A stretch of 38,802 bases of DNA from Pseudolabrys sp. (GTDB lineage Bacteria > Pseudomonadota > Alphaproteobacteria > Rhizobiales > Xanthobacteraceae). Location of the stretch: NCBI GenBank assembly GCA_035703125.1, contig DASSYU010000437.1:1-38802 (forward strand), given 5' to 3'. Below the pieces are notes generated by a model. It worked only from the letters and a program-made list of their open reading frames with translations. It had not been told where the DNA came from and made no database searches. Position 1 is the stretch's first letter, and each line of letters opens with the position of its first letter. Shown here piece after piece: positions 29,342 to 38,802 of this stretch. The position numbers and the translations under genes are program-made.

Positions 29342-29349
29342 GCGGCGCG

Positions 29350-30126
29350 CTATGCATCCATGCGAATCGGCAAGCCGGCTTTGGCCATATAGGCCTTGGC
29401 TTCACGCACCGTATGCTCGCCAAAATGAAAGATCGAAGCGGCCAGTACCGCGGTCGCGTGACCGTCACGGATGCCTTCGACCAAGTGATCCAAGGAGCCA
29501 ACCCCGCCCGAGGCGATGACCGGAACCTTAACGGCATCGGCCACTGCGCATGTGAGCGCAATGTCGTAACCAGCCTTGGTCCCGTCGCGATCCATCGACG
29601 TCAGCAAAATCTCGCCGGCGCCCAATGTCACGACTTCCTTGGCATAACTGACAGCGTCGAGGCCGGTCGGATTGCGGCCGCCATGCGTGAAAATTTCCCA
29701 ACGGTCTTTTTCACCGATCTTTGAAACCTTCTTTGCATCGATAGCGACAACGATGCATTGGTCACCAAATTTTTCAGCTGCTTCCTTTACGAAGGTGCGG
29801 TGCGCCACCACTGCAGTATTGATCGACACTTTGTCCGCACCGCAGGTGAGCAGCCTGCGGATATCATCGACCGTGCGCACGCCACCACCGACGGTCAACG
29901 GCATGAAGCAGGCCTCGGCCGTGCGCGTGACCACGTCGTAGATCGTATCACGGTTTTCGTGACTCGCCGTGATATCGAGGAAACATAGCTCATCGGCGCC
30001 GGCGGCGTCGTACGCAATCGCAGCCTCGACCGGATCGCCCGCGTCGCGCAAATCGACGAAATTCACGCCCTTGACGACCCGGCCGTCTTTCACATCGAGA
30101 CAGGGAATGATGCGAACCTTGAACAT
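29350..30126 (-). CDS. hisF: Imidazole glycerol phosphate synthase cyclase subunit
   Basis: [51 protein letters not shown]. Confidence 0.98.
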   Translation of the reverse strand: MFKVRIIPCLDVKDGRVVKGVNFVDLRDAGDPVEAAIAYDAAGADELCFLDITASHENRDTIYDVVTRTAEACFMPLTVGGGVRTVDDIRRLLTCGADKVSINTAVVAHRTFVKEAAEKFGDQCIVVAIDAKKVSKIGEKDRWEIFTHGGRNPTGLDAVSYAKEVVTLGAGEILLTSMDRDGTKAGYDIALTCAVADAVKVPVIASGGVGSLDHLVEGIRDGHATAVLAASIFHFGEHTVREAKAYMAKAGLPIRMDA

Positions 30127-30866
30127 CAGGTCGCCGTCCTTGCTGCACGAATGAGCCCGAGTGCTTCCGCGGCGTCGAGTCGCCCGTCGTAGAGCGCGCG
30201 GCCGGCGATCGCGCCAGCAAGCCTTCTTGCGCGCGGAGCAAGCAGCGCCCGGATGTCCTCGATCGACGCGAGACCGCCTGACGCAATTACCGGAATTGAA
30301 ATCGCTTCCGCGAACGCAATCGTGGCATCGAGGTTTAGTCCCTGCAACATGCCATCGCGTGCGATATCGGTGCAGACAATCGCTGAAACTCCGACGTCTT
30401 CAAAACGACGCGCGATGTCGAGCATCGACAATTCAGAGGTCTCCGCCCAGCCTTGCACCGCCACTTTTCCAGCGCGTGCGTCGAGTCCGACCGCGATTCG
30501 CCCCGGATAGTCGCGCGCGGCTTGTTTGACGAAAGGTGGATCACGCACGGCGGCAGTTCCGATAATGACACGGGTGACACCTTTCTCCAGCCACGCTTCG
30601 ACGGTCGCAGTATCGCGGATTCCACCGCCTAGTTGGACGGGGATACTGACCGCCTCCAGGATACGATCAACGGCTGCACCGTTCATTGGCTTGCCGGCGA
30701 ACGCACCATCAAGGTCGACAATATGAAGATATTCGAAACCCTGTTGCTCGAATGTGCGCGCCTGTGCGGCAGGCTCGCGATGGAAAACAGTGGCGCGCGC
30801 CATATCACCCTGCTCAAGACGAACAGCCAATCCTTCCTTGAGATCGATCGCAGGAAAAAGAATCAC
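30126..30866 (-). CDS. hisA: ProFAR isomerase
   Basis: [45 protein letters not shown] start overlaps the hisH stop. Confidence 0.97.
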   Translation of the reverse strand: MILFPAIDLKEGLAVRLEQGDMARATVFHREPAAQARTFEQQGFEYLHIVDLDGAFAGKPMNGAAVDRILEAVSIPVQLGGGIRDTATVEAWLEKGVTRVIIGTAAVRDPPFVKQAARDYPGRIAVGLDARAGKVAVQGWAETSELSMLDIARRFEDVGVSAIVCTDIARDGMLQGLNLDATIAFAEAISIPVIASGGLASIEDIRALLAPRARRLAGAIAGRALYDGRLDAAEALGLIRAARTAT

Positions 30867-31513
30867 GGCTTCCACTTCAAAAAATTCGCAATTAGTGCGA
30901 GGCCAAGCCGTTGGCTTTTTTCCGGGTGGAATTGCGTACCAATCATGTTGTCGCGCCCGACAACGGCCGTGATCGGTCCGCCATAGTCGGCCTGCGCGAT
31001 AAGGTCGGAATCTTTTGCTGTTTTCAGCTCATACGAGTGCACGAAATACGCGTGCAAACCCTTCGAACCGAGCGGAATTCCGGCAACCACCGGATGATCC
31101 GTCAGCATGTTGAGCGTATTCCATCCCATATGTGGAATCTTCAGGGTGGGATCGGACGGTGCGATGCGGTCGACCTCGCCCGATATCCAACCAAGACCAG
31201 GCGTGATCCGATATTCGCGTCCTCGTTCGGCCATTAATTGCATGCCAACGCATATTCCGAAAAACGGTTTGCCCTTCCTGCGCACAGCCTGCTCAAGCGC
31301 ATCGATCATCCCAGGAATTTCATCTAGTCCACGCCGACAATCTGCGAAAGCACCGACCCCAGGCAGAACAATACGATCGGCTCGCGAGACGGCGTCGGGA
31401 TCGCCGGTCACGACAACCGGCTGGCCTTGCCCGCTTTCGCGTGATGCACGCTCAAAAGCTTTTGCAGCTGAATGCAGGTTACCGGAACCGTAGTCGACAA
31501 TTGCAACGCTCAC
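30863..31513 (-). CDS. hisH: Imidazole glycerol phosphate synthase glutaminase subunit
   Basis: [43 protein letters not shown] start. Confidence 0.97.
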   Translation of the reverse strand: MSVAIVDYGSGNLHSAAKAFERASRESGQGQPVVVTGDPDAVSRADRIVLPGVGAFADCRRGLDEIPGMIDALEQAVRRKGKPFFGICVGMQLMAERGREYRITPGLGWISGEVDRIAPSDPTLKIPHMGWNTLNMLTDHPVVAGIPLGSKGLHAYFVHSYELKTAKDSDLIAQADYGGPITAVVGRDNMIGTQFHPEKSQRLGLALIANFLKWKP

Positions 31514-32010
31514 CTTTGGCCTCCCGGCTCCGGAAACAGGCCAATGACGTCGGATGGTGAAGGCGGCCCTCGCCGTACCGGAGCCGAATATCTCGGTTCG
31601 GTTGCAGGAACTGAAGGCGCATCGGCCGCGTGCTTTTGCCACTCCGCAAAAAAGCGGCGTTCCGCGGTTTCAGCATCCTCGGCGACCACAAAACCGAGCG
31701 TGGCCCAACCGCGGCGATTCAAGGTCCACCTCCAGATACTCGAGGCCTCGAATCCCATCAGCAGCGCGATTAGCAGCGCGACGATCAACTGGGTACTCGA
31801 GGACACACGCGCAAAAGCGAATCCGAAACTGAGGGCGCCATAGCCGACAACATAAATGAGCAGAGCCAGCCAGAGCCGATGCAACAGCAGCCACAGCGGT
31901 GCCAGTACAAATGCCCAGAAATGGAATCCATCACGCACGAACATAAAACGTTCGGGCGAGCTCGCTGCGTCGCTCAGGGACGATGGCGCGTGTACGGTAT
32001 AAGTGGGCAT
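31510..32010 (-). CDS. DUF2628-family membrane protein
   Basis: [15 protein letters not shown]...[10 protein letters not shown] helices, AERRFF; lies between hisB and hisH. Confidence 0.8.
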   Translation of the reverse strand: MPTYTVHAPSSLSDAASSPERFMFVRDGFHFWAFVLAPLWLLLHRLWLALLIYVVGYGALSFGFAFARVSSSTQLIVALLIALLMGFEASSIWRWTLNRRGWATLGFVVAEDAETAERRFFAEWQKHAADAPSVPATEPRYSAPVRRGPPSPSDVIGLFPEPGGQR

Positions 32011-32070
32011 CGCTCTACTTTAACTAACGTCATCCTTTGAATTTCGCTCAGGATGACGGCAACAATTCGA

Positions 32071-32664
32071 TCACCCGCCGAGCGAACCCTTCGTGGACGG
32101 CACCTCATCTTTGGCGCGCGAATCAATGGCAACGGCCGCCCGCAACGCGCGCGCCAGGCCCTTAAAGCAGGACTCGGCGATATGATGGTCGTTCGTGCCG
32201 TACAGCACTTCGGCATGCAATGTAATTCCAGCGTTCATCGCAAAGGCCTGGAACCACTCCTGCACAAGTTCGGTGTCAAACGCGCCGACCTTGTCGCGCA
32301 CGAATTCGGCCTTGAAGACCAGGAATGGCCGACCGGAAATGTCGATCGCCACCCGCGTCAGTGCCTCGTCCATCGGCACGTGCACGTCGGCATATCGTGT
32401 AATCCCTTTCATATCGCCGAGTGCCTGCTTGATGGCCTGCCCGAGCGCGATGCCGACATCTTCGGTGGTATGGTGGTGGTCGATGTGCAAGTCGCCTTTG
32501 GCCTTGACCGTGATGTCGATGCGTGAATGTCGCGCGAGCAGATCGAGCATATGGTCAAGGAAGCCTATCCCGGTCGCAATCGACGCGCGGCCTGCTCCAT
32601 CGAGATCGATTTCAACCTCGACGTCGGTTTCCTTGGTCTTGCGCTTAACGGCGCCCTTGCGCAT
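32071..32664 (-). CDS. hisB: Imidazoleglycerol-phosphate dehydratase
   Basis: [45 protein letters not shown]. Confidence 0.98.
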   Translation of the reverse strand: MRKGAVKRKTKETDVEVEIDLDGAGRASIATGIGFLDHMLDLLARHSRIDITVKAKGDLHIDHHHTTEDVGIALGQAIKQALGDMKGITRYADVHVPMDEALTRVAIDISGRPFLVFKAEFVRDKVGAFDTELVQEWFQAFAMNAGITLHAEVLYGTNDHHIAESCFKGLARALRAAVAIDSRAKDEVPSTKGSLGG

Positions 32665-32732
32665 GCGGAAATCCTTTATTCGCGCGCCTTTTATCAGGGG
32701 TTTAGGGGATTCGCCACAGCGTTGCGAACGGT

Positions 32733-32760
32733 TTGCAAATACGGCACGCCATGACTAGAT
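32733..32760 (+). promoter_or_regulatory. Possible RpoH promoter of hslVU
   Basis: TTG-N19-CTAGAT about 25 nt before the hslV ATG; the spacer is one base longer than at dnaK. Confidence 0.4.
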
Positions 32761-32785
32761 GACGCGGATCGTGGGGCTTAACCGT

Positions 32786-33337
32786 ATGTCACCAAACGAA
32801 CTTCCCTCCTGGCATGGCACAACCATCCTGACCGTCCGCAAGGATGGTTTGGTCGTTATCGGCGGCGATGGCCAGGTTTCGATTGGCCAGACCATTGTCA
32901 AATCCAATGCAAAAAAAGTCCGGCGCCTTGGCAAGGGCGACGTAATTGGTGGCTTTGCCGGTGCCACCGCGGATGCATTCACCTTGTTCGAGCGGCTGGA
33001 AGCCAAGCTCGAGCAATACCCGGGCCAGCTTACCCGCGCGGCAGTCGAACTAGCCAAGGATTGGCGAACCGACCGCTATTTGCGCCGTCTCGAAGCGATG
33101 ATGATTGTTGCCGACGCGAATGTCTCATTGGTCCTCACCGGCACCGGCGACGTGCTGGAGCCAGAAAATGGCATCATGGGAATTGGCTCCGGTGGCAACT
33201 ATGCACTCGCCTCGGCGCGCGCGCTGCTGGACGGGCCGCTCGATGCCGAGCAGATCGTGCGGAAGTCGCTCGACATCGCGGCGGAGATTTGCGTCTTCAC
33301 CAATCGCAATGTCACCGTCGAGACCTTGAAGTCGTGA
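32786..33337 (+). CDS. hslV: ATP-dependent protease subunit HslV
   Basis: HGTTIL (catalytic Thr), [32 protein letters not shown]. Confidence 0.98.
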   Translation: MSPNELPSWHGTTILTVRKDGLVVIGGDGQVSIGQTIVKSNAKKVRRLGKGDVIGGFAGATADAFTLFERLEAKLEQYPGQLTRAAVELAKDWRTDRYLRRLEAMMIVADANVSLVLTGTGDVLEPENGIMGIGSGGNYALASARALLDGPLDAEQIVRKSLDIAAEICVFTNRNVTVETLKS

Positions 33338-33392
33338 GCGAAGGCGTGCGGTCTTTCCTGCCGCCGGCTAAACCTGAAACTAGATACCAACC

Positions 33393-34700
33393 ATGACCGA
33401 CTTCTCTCCCCGCGAAATCGTCTCCGAACTCGATCGCTATATCGTCGGCCAGGGCGACGCAAAGCGCGCGGTTGCAATCGCGCTGCGTAACCGCTGGCGG
33501 CGGTTACAGCTTGATGAAAGGCTGCGCGAGGAAGTGCTGCCGAAGAACATCCTGATGATCGGCCCCACCGGCGTCGGCAAGACCGAGATCTCCCGCCGGC
33601 TCGCGCGACTTGCTGGCGCGCCGTTTATGAAAGTCGAGGCAACCAAATTTACCGAAGTCGGATATGTCGGCCGCGATGTCGAGCAAATTGTGCGCGATCT
33701 CGTCGAGATCGGAATCGCGCTTGTGCGCGAGCGAAAACGCAAGGACGTCCAGGCACGCGCCGAACAGTCGGCGGAAGAACGCGTCCTCAACGCACTGGTC
33801 GGCCCCGGCGCAAGCCCTGCCACACGCGAGAGTTTCCGAAAGAAACTGCGAGCAGGCGAGTTGAACGACAAGGAGATAGAGATCGAAGTGCAAGCGGGCA
33901 GTGGCGGCATGCCGATGTTCGAGATACCCGGCATGCCGGGCGCACAGATGGGCGCAATCAATATCGGCGATATCTTCGGCAAACTTGGCGGCGGCCGTAC
34001 AAAGACGCGCCGCGTGACTGTTCAAGAGTCGCATGACATATTGGTCAATGAAGAGTCCGACAAGCTGCTCGACACCGATCAGCTGGTGCAGGAAGCCATA
34101 AAGGCCGTCGAGCAAAACGGCATCGTGTTTCTCGACGAGATCGACAAGATTGCCGGCCGGGATGGGTTGCGCGGCGCCGATGTATCACGTGAAGGCGTGC
34201 AGCGCGACTTGCTGCCGTTAATTGAAGGCACTACTGTCAATACAAAGCACGGGCCGGTCAAAACCGACCACATTCTCTTCATCGCCTCCGGCGCGTTTCA
34301 CATATCGAAGCCATCGGACTTGTTGCCCGAACTGCAAGGGCGGCTGCCGATCCGTGTCGAGCTCAAGGCGCTCACACGTGACGATTTACGCCGAATTCTG
34401 ACCGAACCGGAAGCCTCGCTCATCAAGCAGTATATTGCGCTCATGAGCACCGAGGGCGTAACGCTTGAATTCGGCGAGGATGCCATCGATGCCATTGCGG
34501 ACATCGCCGTCGCGGTGAATGCCAGCGTCGAGAATATTGGTGCCCGTCGACTGCAGACAGTAATGGAAAGAGTACTCGACGAAGTCTCGTTTGCGGCGCC
34601 CGATCGCTCCGGCGAACACGTCAAAATCGATGCGGACTATGTGGAGAAGCACGTCGGTGATTTGGCTAAAAATGCCGATCTGAGCCGATTTATTCTCTGA
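33393..34700 (+). CDS. hslU: ATP-dependent protease ATPase subunit HslU
   Basis: [51 protein letters not shown]. Confidence 0.99.
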   Translation: MTDFSPREIVSELDRYIVGQGDAKRAVAIALRNRWRRLQLDERLREEVLPKNILMIGPTGVGKTEISRRLARLAGAPFMKVEATKFTEVGYVGRDVEQIVRDLVEIGIALVRERKRKDVQARAEQSAEERVLNALVGPGASPATRESFRKKLRAGELNDKEIEIEVQAGSGGMPMFEIPGMPGAQMGAINIGDIFGKLGGGRTKTRRVTVQESHDILVNEESDKLLDTDQLVQEAIKAVEQNGIVFLDEIDKIAGRDGLRGADVSREGVQRDLLPLIEGTTVNTKHGPVKTDHILFIASGAFHISKPSDLLPELQGRLPIRVELKALTRDDLRRILTEPEASLIKQYIALMSTEGVTLEFGEDAIDAIADIAVAVNASVENIGARRLQTVMERVLDEVSFAAPDRSGEHVKIDADYVEKHVGDLAKNADLSRFIL

Positions 34701-34717
34701 TTCACGAACCGCCGCAT

Positions 34718-35263
34718 TCAAGACGGCCTGGTTCTCCGCACCCGCACGTACAGCGCACCTTCGCCGCCGTGAGTGATGTGAGCTTCCTCAAATCCGATCA
34801 CGAGCGCGCGGAATTCCGGCAGACTCAGCCACTGCGGTACCTTACGCTTGAGCACTCCTCGCTCACCCGCACTTCGGCCCCCTTTTCCGGTGATGACAAG
34901 GACGAGCCGCGCATCGCGCGCCCTCGCCATATGTAGGAACCGCAAAAGTGCCGTGTGCGCTTCGCTTTGGGTTAGGCCGTGCAAATCGAGGCGGCCGTCG
35001 ATCGCTTCCTTGCCGCGAGCGACGCGCGTGCGCATGCGGCGCCCGAGCGGTGCAAGAGGCGGCGGTCGCCTGTTGGCTGCCGGTTCAACTGGCCGTGCTT
35101 TTGCAGAAGGTATTTCGATCTGCGAAACAACATGTTCCGCCGTCCCAACGTCTTCTGAGGTATCCGAATCCCGCAGCGGCGCAATCGATTTCGTGATCGC
35201 GGTCCACAATACCCGCTCTTCGGCAGAGAGGGCGCGACGCCGTTTGCCGTCGCCAGGCTTCAT
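34718..35263 (-). CDS. Smr-domain protein
   Basis: LDLHGLT, LVITGKG, HGGEGALYV, plus an N-terminal EERVLW segment. Confidence 0.92.
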   Translation of the reverse strand: MKPGDGKRRRALSAEERVLWTAITKSIAPLRDSDTSEDVGTAEHVVSQIEIPSAKARPVEPAANRRPPPLAPLGRRMRTRVARGKEAIDGRLDLHGLTQSEAHTALLRFLHMARARDARLVLVITGKGGRSAGERGVLKRKVPQWLSLPEFRALVIGFEEAHITHGGEGALYVRVRRTRPS

Positions 35264-35267
35264 CGAG

Positions 35268-36533
35268 CTAATGGCGCCGCTTGGCAGGCTTTGCCGGCAC
35301 GCTTCCGGTCGTGCTCGAACGGGCCGCGGCGGTAACGACCATTTTCGGGCGCGGTGCTGGAAGCGGGATACTCGTCACGCCGGCCACCGCACCGCCGCTT
35401 ACAGCGACACTTTGTGGCACAAGCATCACGAACTGCCCATTCTGCTTGATACGTCCCGCAATGTGACTGATCTCTTCGCCATACCCGAAATAGATATCAG
35501 CGCGAGCCGGACCGACAATCGCTGACCCCGTGTCCTGCGCCACCAGCAAATGACGGAATTTTGTTTCCGGCTTTTCGCTCTCGATCGGAAACTCGGCATC
35601 GATCCAGACCGGCGTTCCATAAATATGGATCTTTTTGTCGACCGCCAGCGAACGGCCTGGGGTAAGTGGAACGCCCTGTGCGCCGATGCATTCGTCGTGT
35701 GCGCTCAATGAGGTTTCCTGAAAGAAAACGAAAGAACGGTTTTTCTGCCGCAGCGCTTTTCCTTCTTCCGGATTCGCCTCCATAAATTCGCGAATCTTGT
35801 CCATCGACATTTCTTCTTTTGAAACGATACCGCGGTCGATCAGGAATTTTCCAACGGGTGTATAAGGCATCCCGTTGCTTGCGATGTAATTAAGTCGCAG
35901 CAATTTTCCGCTATCGAGCTTCACGCGCGTGGAGCCCTGAATCTGGGCAAAGAAGGCGTCGATGGGACTTTTGACGTAGCAGATTTCCAAGTTCTTCCCT
36001 GCGAGGGCACCTTCCTCGATCTTGGTCCGGTCAAGCTCGGCAAAAACTTTGCTCTGACGTTTCTTCACGGTCTCAGCCGGTGCCGCGTAAATCGGAATGG
36101 AGTATTCGTCACTGGGAAAGCGCGAGCCGTCCACTTCCGGCTCGTAGTAGCCCGTGAAAAAGCCCTGCGTCTGGCCGGCCGGAATGACCCGCATCGGCTT
36201 GAAGTTATGTTCGAAAAAGACGCGCGCACGGTCGCGATCGATCTCACCCGCCGACACTGCGCGCTCGCACACCTTGAACAAGGCACCATAAAACGGCCGT
36301 GCAGTGCGCATCGCGCGTGTGCCGTTGAGAATAGCTTTGCAGCTCTTGAGAAAAGTGTCGAAGGCCGCTTTTTGGTCGTCGTCCTTCCAACCCTCAAGTT
36401 GGGCAAAGCTTACGGGCTCGGTCCGCGCGTTGCGCAAATGAACGCTGGTGGCCGATGCCGGGGTTATGGTGGCGGCGGTTATCGAGAGACCAAAGCAAAA
36501 TCGAATGAGTGTGCGGAAAAGTGGCTCCGACAT
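35268..36533 (-). CDS. mltA: Lytic murein transglycosylase A (MltA with 3D domain)
   Basis: FTGYYEP, FAQIQGS, NRSFVFF, GAQGVPLTPGRSLAVD, AQDTGSAIVG..RADIYFG. Confidence 0.95.
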   Translation of the reverse strand: MSEPLFRTLIRFCFGLSITAATITPASATSVHLRNARTEPVSFAQLEGWKDDDQKAAFDTFLKSCKAILNGTRAMRTARPFYGALFKVCERAVSAGEIDRDRARVFFEHNFKPMRVIPAGQTQGFFTGYYEPEVDGSRFPSDEYSIPIYAAPAETVKKRQSKVFAELDRTKIEEGALAGKNLEICYVKSPIDAFFAQIQGSTRVKLDSGKLLRLNYIASNGMPYTPVGKFLIDRGIVSKEEMSMDKIREFMEANPEEGKALRQKNRSFVFFQETSLSAHDECIGAQGVPLTPGRSLAVDKKIHIYGTPVWIDAEFPIESEKPETKFRHLLVAQDTGSAIVGPARADIYFGYGEEISHIAGRIKQNGQFVMLVPQSVAVSGGAVAGVTSIPLPAPRPKMVVTAAARSSTTGSVPAKPAKRRH

Positions 36534-36537
36534 GCGC

Positions 36538-37245
36538 TCATTGCCCGGCTTCGGTGGCAATCAATTTCCAGTTCGGATCGCGTGCGCTGACGTCGCGTGC
36601 GAAGGTCCAGACATCAGTAATGTCGGTCACTTTCTCGGCATTCCCGTCGATGACCTTGCCGTCCTTGTCGCGCGTGACCGAAACAAGCTTCGACTGGAAG
36701 CGTACCGTCACCTGCGCATTGCGGCCACGTAGTTCGGCAGCTGTGATTTCGGCATTGTCAATCGATACGAACCGACTCTCCACCGTCTCGCCGCGCTTTT
36801 CCCGCTCTGCGATCGCGCTCTCAAAGCCATCATAGACCTCGCGAGCAAGAAGATTCTTCAACGTCCGTCGATCACCTTCAGCGTAAGCGTTGACGGTCAT
36901 TTCATAGGCCGCACGCGCGCCGGTCAAAAAATGCTTGCCATCGAAACTTGAATCGGCGGCGGCAATAGCGTCGAGTCCCCCAGCAATGACTGAGCCGGTC
37001 TCAGCGACACCCTTCCATCGATCCGACGGACTCTCGACAGGATCCGTGGGCTTTGGTGCGGCCGTCTCCGTTGTCCGGTTGGGAAGCGCAACAACTTTTT
37101 CCGGTGCCGGTCGTACAGGCTCACGCGCCGAATACGGATCGTATGGCGGTCGCTCCCTGCCCGTCCGTTGACCCAATACGCTGCGCAGGCGCAGGAAAAT
37201 GAACACCGCGAGCGCCAGAAAAATGATGGTATAGATATCGAACAC
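36538..37245 (-). CDS. Tim44/TimA-family adaptor protein
   Basis: DIYTIIFLALAVFIFLRLRSVLGQRTG.E, FL.GARAAYE, DVWTFARD...DPNWKL. Start is GTG 37245 or ATG 37254. Confidence 0.92.
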   Translation of the reverse strand: MFDIYTIIFLALAVFIFLRLRSVLGQRTGRERPPYDPYSAREPVRPAPEKVVALPNRTTETAAPKPTDPVESPSDRWKGVAETGSVIAGGLDAIAAADSSFDGKHFLTGARAAYEMTVNAYAEGDRRTLKNLLAREVYDGFESAIAEREKRGETVESRFVSIDNAEITAAELRGRNAQVTVRFQSKLVSVTRDKDGKVIDGNAEKVTDITDVWTFARDVSARDPNWKLIATEAGQ

Positions 37246-37461
37246 GTCTCGCATGCTTTCGGCTACCGTGGCCACTCGCCCGCCGGATTTGCGTACGATC
37301 TGGCACCGTCAATCGGCGCCACCGCTATTGCATCCGCTGTTGGCCGCATCAATCCGTTGGGCCCGGCCTCGCGCCGGTGCTTCGGCGCAATTCAGGTCTC
37401 TCAGTCGAACCTTAGACGATCAGGACGCCTAGGCCAACATCGCACTGTCAGAGAAGCACCG

Positions 37462-37908
37462 ATGAATGTGGCAAAATGGGTAATATTGGCGGTCCTCGCG
37501 CTGCCCATTCTGGAACTTGCCGCGTTCATTGCAGTTGTTGCGACAATTGGCTTCGGGTGGGCGTTAAGCTTGATATTAGCCGGATCGCTTTGCGGCGCTT
37601 TGATTTTGCGCCATGCCGGCAGCGGCCATGTGGCCCGCATTCGTGTCGCACTGGACCACGGTTCTCTTGCAGCCCTGCAGACAGACGCCTGGGGCGGCGC
37701 CACGCTGCTCGCGGGTATTTTACTGCTGATTCCGGGGTTTATTACCGACATTATCGCCCTGGTCTTGCTGGTCGGGTCGCTGCGTCGCGCCTTTGTCGGC
37801 ACCGCGCCTCGACAAGAAGACGGAGTCGTCGATCTTGCGCCCGAGCAATGGCATCAGGTGCCTGACCCCTCATTGCCCGACCATCGCAAAGATAAGCGCC
37901 GACACTGA
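37462..37908 (+). CDS. fxsA: FxsA-family membrane protein
   Basis: [11 protein letters not shown]...IG and [14 protein letters not shown]. Confidence 0.9.
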   Translation: MNVAKWVILAVLALPILELAAFIAVVATIGFGWALSLILAGSLCGALILRHAGSGHVARIRVALDHGSLAALQTDAWGGATLLAGILLLIPGFITDIIALVLLVGSLRRAFVGTAPRQEDGVVDLAPEQWHQVPDPSLPDHRKDKRRH

Positions 37909-37988
37909 TTGGCATCCATCCTTGTTCCCTCACCGACCCTATGATAGCCAACGCCGCGCGCGCTGTGGCGTGGTGTGAAGGAGCGTTT

Positions 37989-38495
37989 ATGGCGACGACA
38001 AATGGGGGGCCGGCACAAGTCAGTCCAACACCGGGAGCCGGCCAAGAGCATCCGCAGCTCACCGTAGTTGCCCAGTACATCAAGGATTTCTCGTTCGAGA
38101 ACCCAAACGCGCCGCAATCGCTCAATGTCCGGCAGGAACAACCGCAGATCGGAATTCAGATCAATGTGGGCGCGACGCCTTTGTCAGAAACAGACATTGA
38201 GGTTGTGATCAAACTGGATGGGAAAGCCGAGACGTCCTCCACATTGTTGTTTCGATTTGAGTTGGAATTCGCCGGGGTATTCCGAATTCGAAACGTGCCG
38301 CAAGAAAGTCTCAACCCGATCGTGATGATCGAATGCCCGCGTCTGCTGTTCCCGTTTGCGCGCGAGGTCATTGCGACTGCGGTCCGTAACGGCGGCTTCC
38401 CGCCGCTTCTGCTCGATCCTGTAGACTTCGTCACTCTGTATCGCCAGAAGATGGCCCAGGCGCAACCAACGCCGGCGTCCGCCGCGGGCAGCTGA
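37989..38495 (+). CDS. secB: Protein-export chaperone SecB
   Basis: [45 protein letters not shown]. Confidence 0.98.
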   Translation: MATTNGGPAQVSPTPGAGQEHPQLTVVAQYIKDFSFENPNAPQSLNVRQEQPQIGIQINVGATPLSETDIEVVIKLDGKAETSSTLLFRFELEFAGVFRIRNVPQESLNPIVMIECPRLLFPFAREVIATAVRNGGFPPLLLDPVDFVTLYRQKMAQAQPTPASAAGS

Positions 38496-38802
38496 TCAAA
38501 TACCCGCAGGCTGGTAGTAGCCCCACAACGCATTTTCGCCGAGGCCAGCAACAAAGTCGCGGTGCGCGGCGAGTTCCACCTCGCTCAACCGCGACGTCAA
38601 CGGCTGAGGGCGCGTACGTAAGACAATTGCATCGTCAGGGCCGCTCGGCCGGCGCTCGCTCGATTCGGCAAGACCGAGCTGCGCCTGCCGTGCACCAATC
38701 AATTCGACGTAAACCTCGGCAAGTATCTCCGCATCGAGCAGTGCACCGTGCTTCGTCCGGCGCGAATTGTCGATGCCGTATCTGGCGCACAAGTCATCGA
38801 GT
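38496..38802 (-). CDS. dnaQ: DNA polymerase III epsilon subunit, 3' part
   Basis: LDDLCARYGIDNSRRTKHGALLDAEILAEVY (ExoIII motif) and the clamp-binding-like QAQLGL; truncated by the window edge. Confidence 0.95.
   Translation of the reverse strand, partial: LDDLCARYGIDNSRRTKHGALLDAEILAEVYVELIGARQAQLGLAESSERRPSGPDDAIVLRTRPQPLTSRLSEVELAAHRDFVAGLGENALWGYYQPAGI

Noticed and set aside
1-38802. CRISPR arrays, tRNA/rRNA, IS elements, prophage, toxin-antitoxin or defence genes
   Set aside because: No spaced direct repeats, structural-RNA signatures, or transposase/integrase motifs were seen. All intergenic gaps are under about 300 bp.

Overview
A GC-rich, densely packed alphaproteobacterial core-genome segment. 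Gene content and order suggest Hyphomicrobiales/Rhizobiales (inference). It holds about 43 coding regions: nth, DUF2244, an Ada/Ogt-type methyltransferase, gpmA, dapB, pyrF, pmtA, dnaJ, dnaK, grpE, hrcA, rph, rdgB, hemW, an LppC/LpoA-like lipoprotein, rsmI, yraN, gshB, comM/yifB, a hybrid histidine kinase, an olsB-like gene, coaA, hisBHAFE, hslVU, smr-mltA-tim44, fxsA, secB and partial dnaQ. I saw no rRNA, tRNA, CRISPR array, IS element, prophage or defence island, and no clearly new multi-gene system. The best leads are: (1) a DpgC-like gene at the left edge that the ORF track misses; (2) a chemoreceptor split by one extra base; (3) a probable bidirectional promoter giving near-leaderless mRNAs for nth and DUF2244; (4) a ShkA-like kinase with a candidate c-di-GMP motif, no DDR motif and upstream CtrA-like boxes; (5) an orphan dihydroxyphthalate-decarboxylase-like gene plus solute-binding protein between gshB and comM; (6) five of eight convergent gene pairs with exactly abutting stop codons. 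All family assignments come from motif recognition by eye, not database searches.
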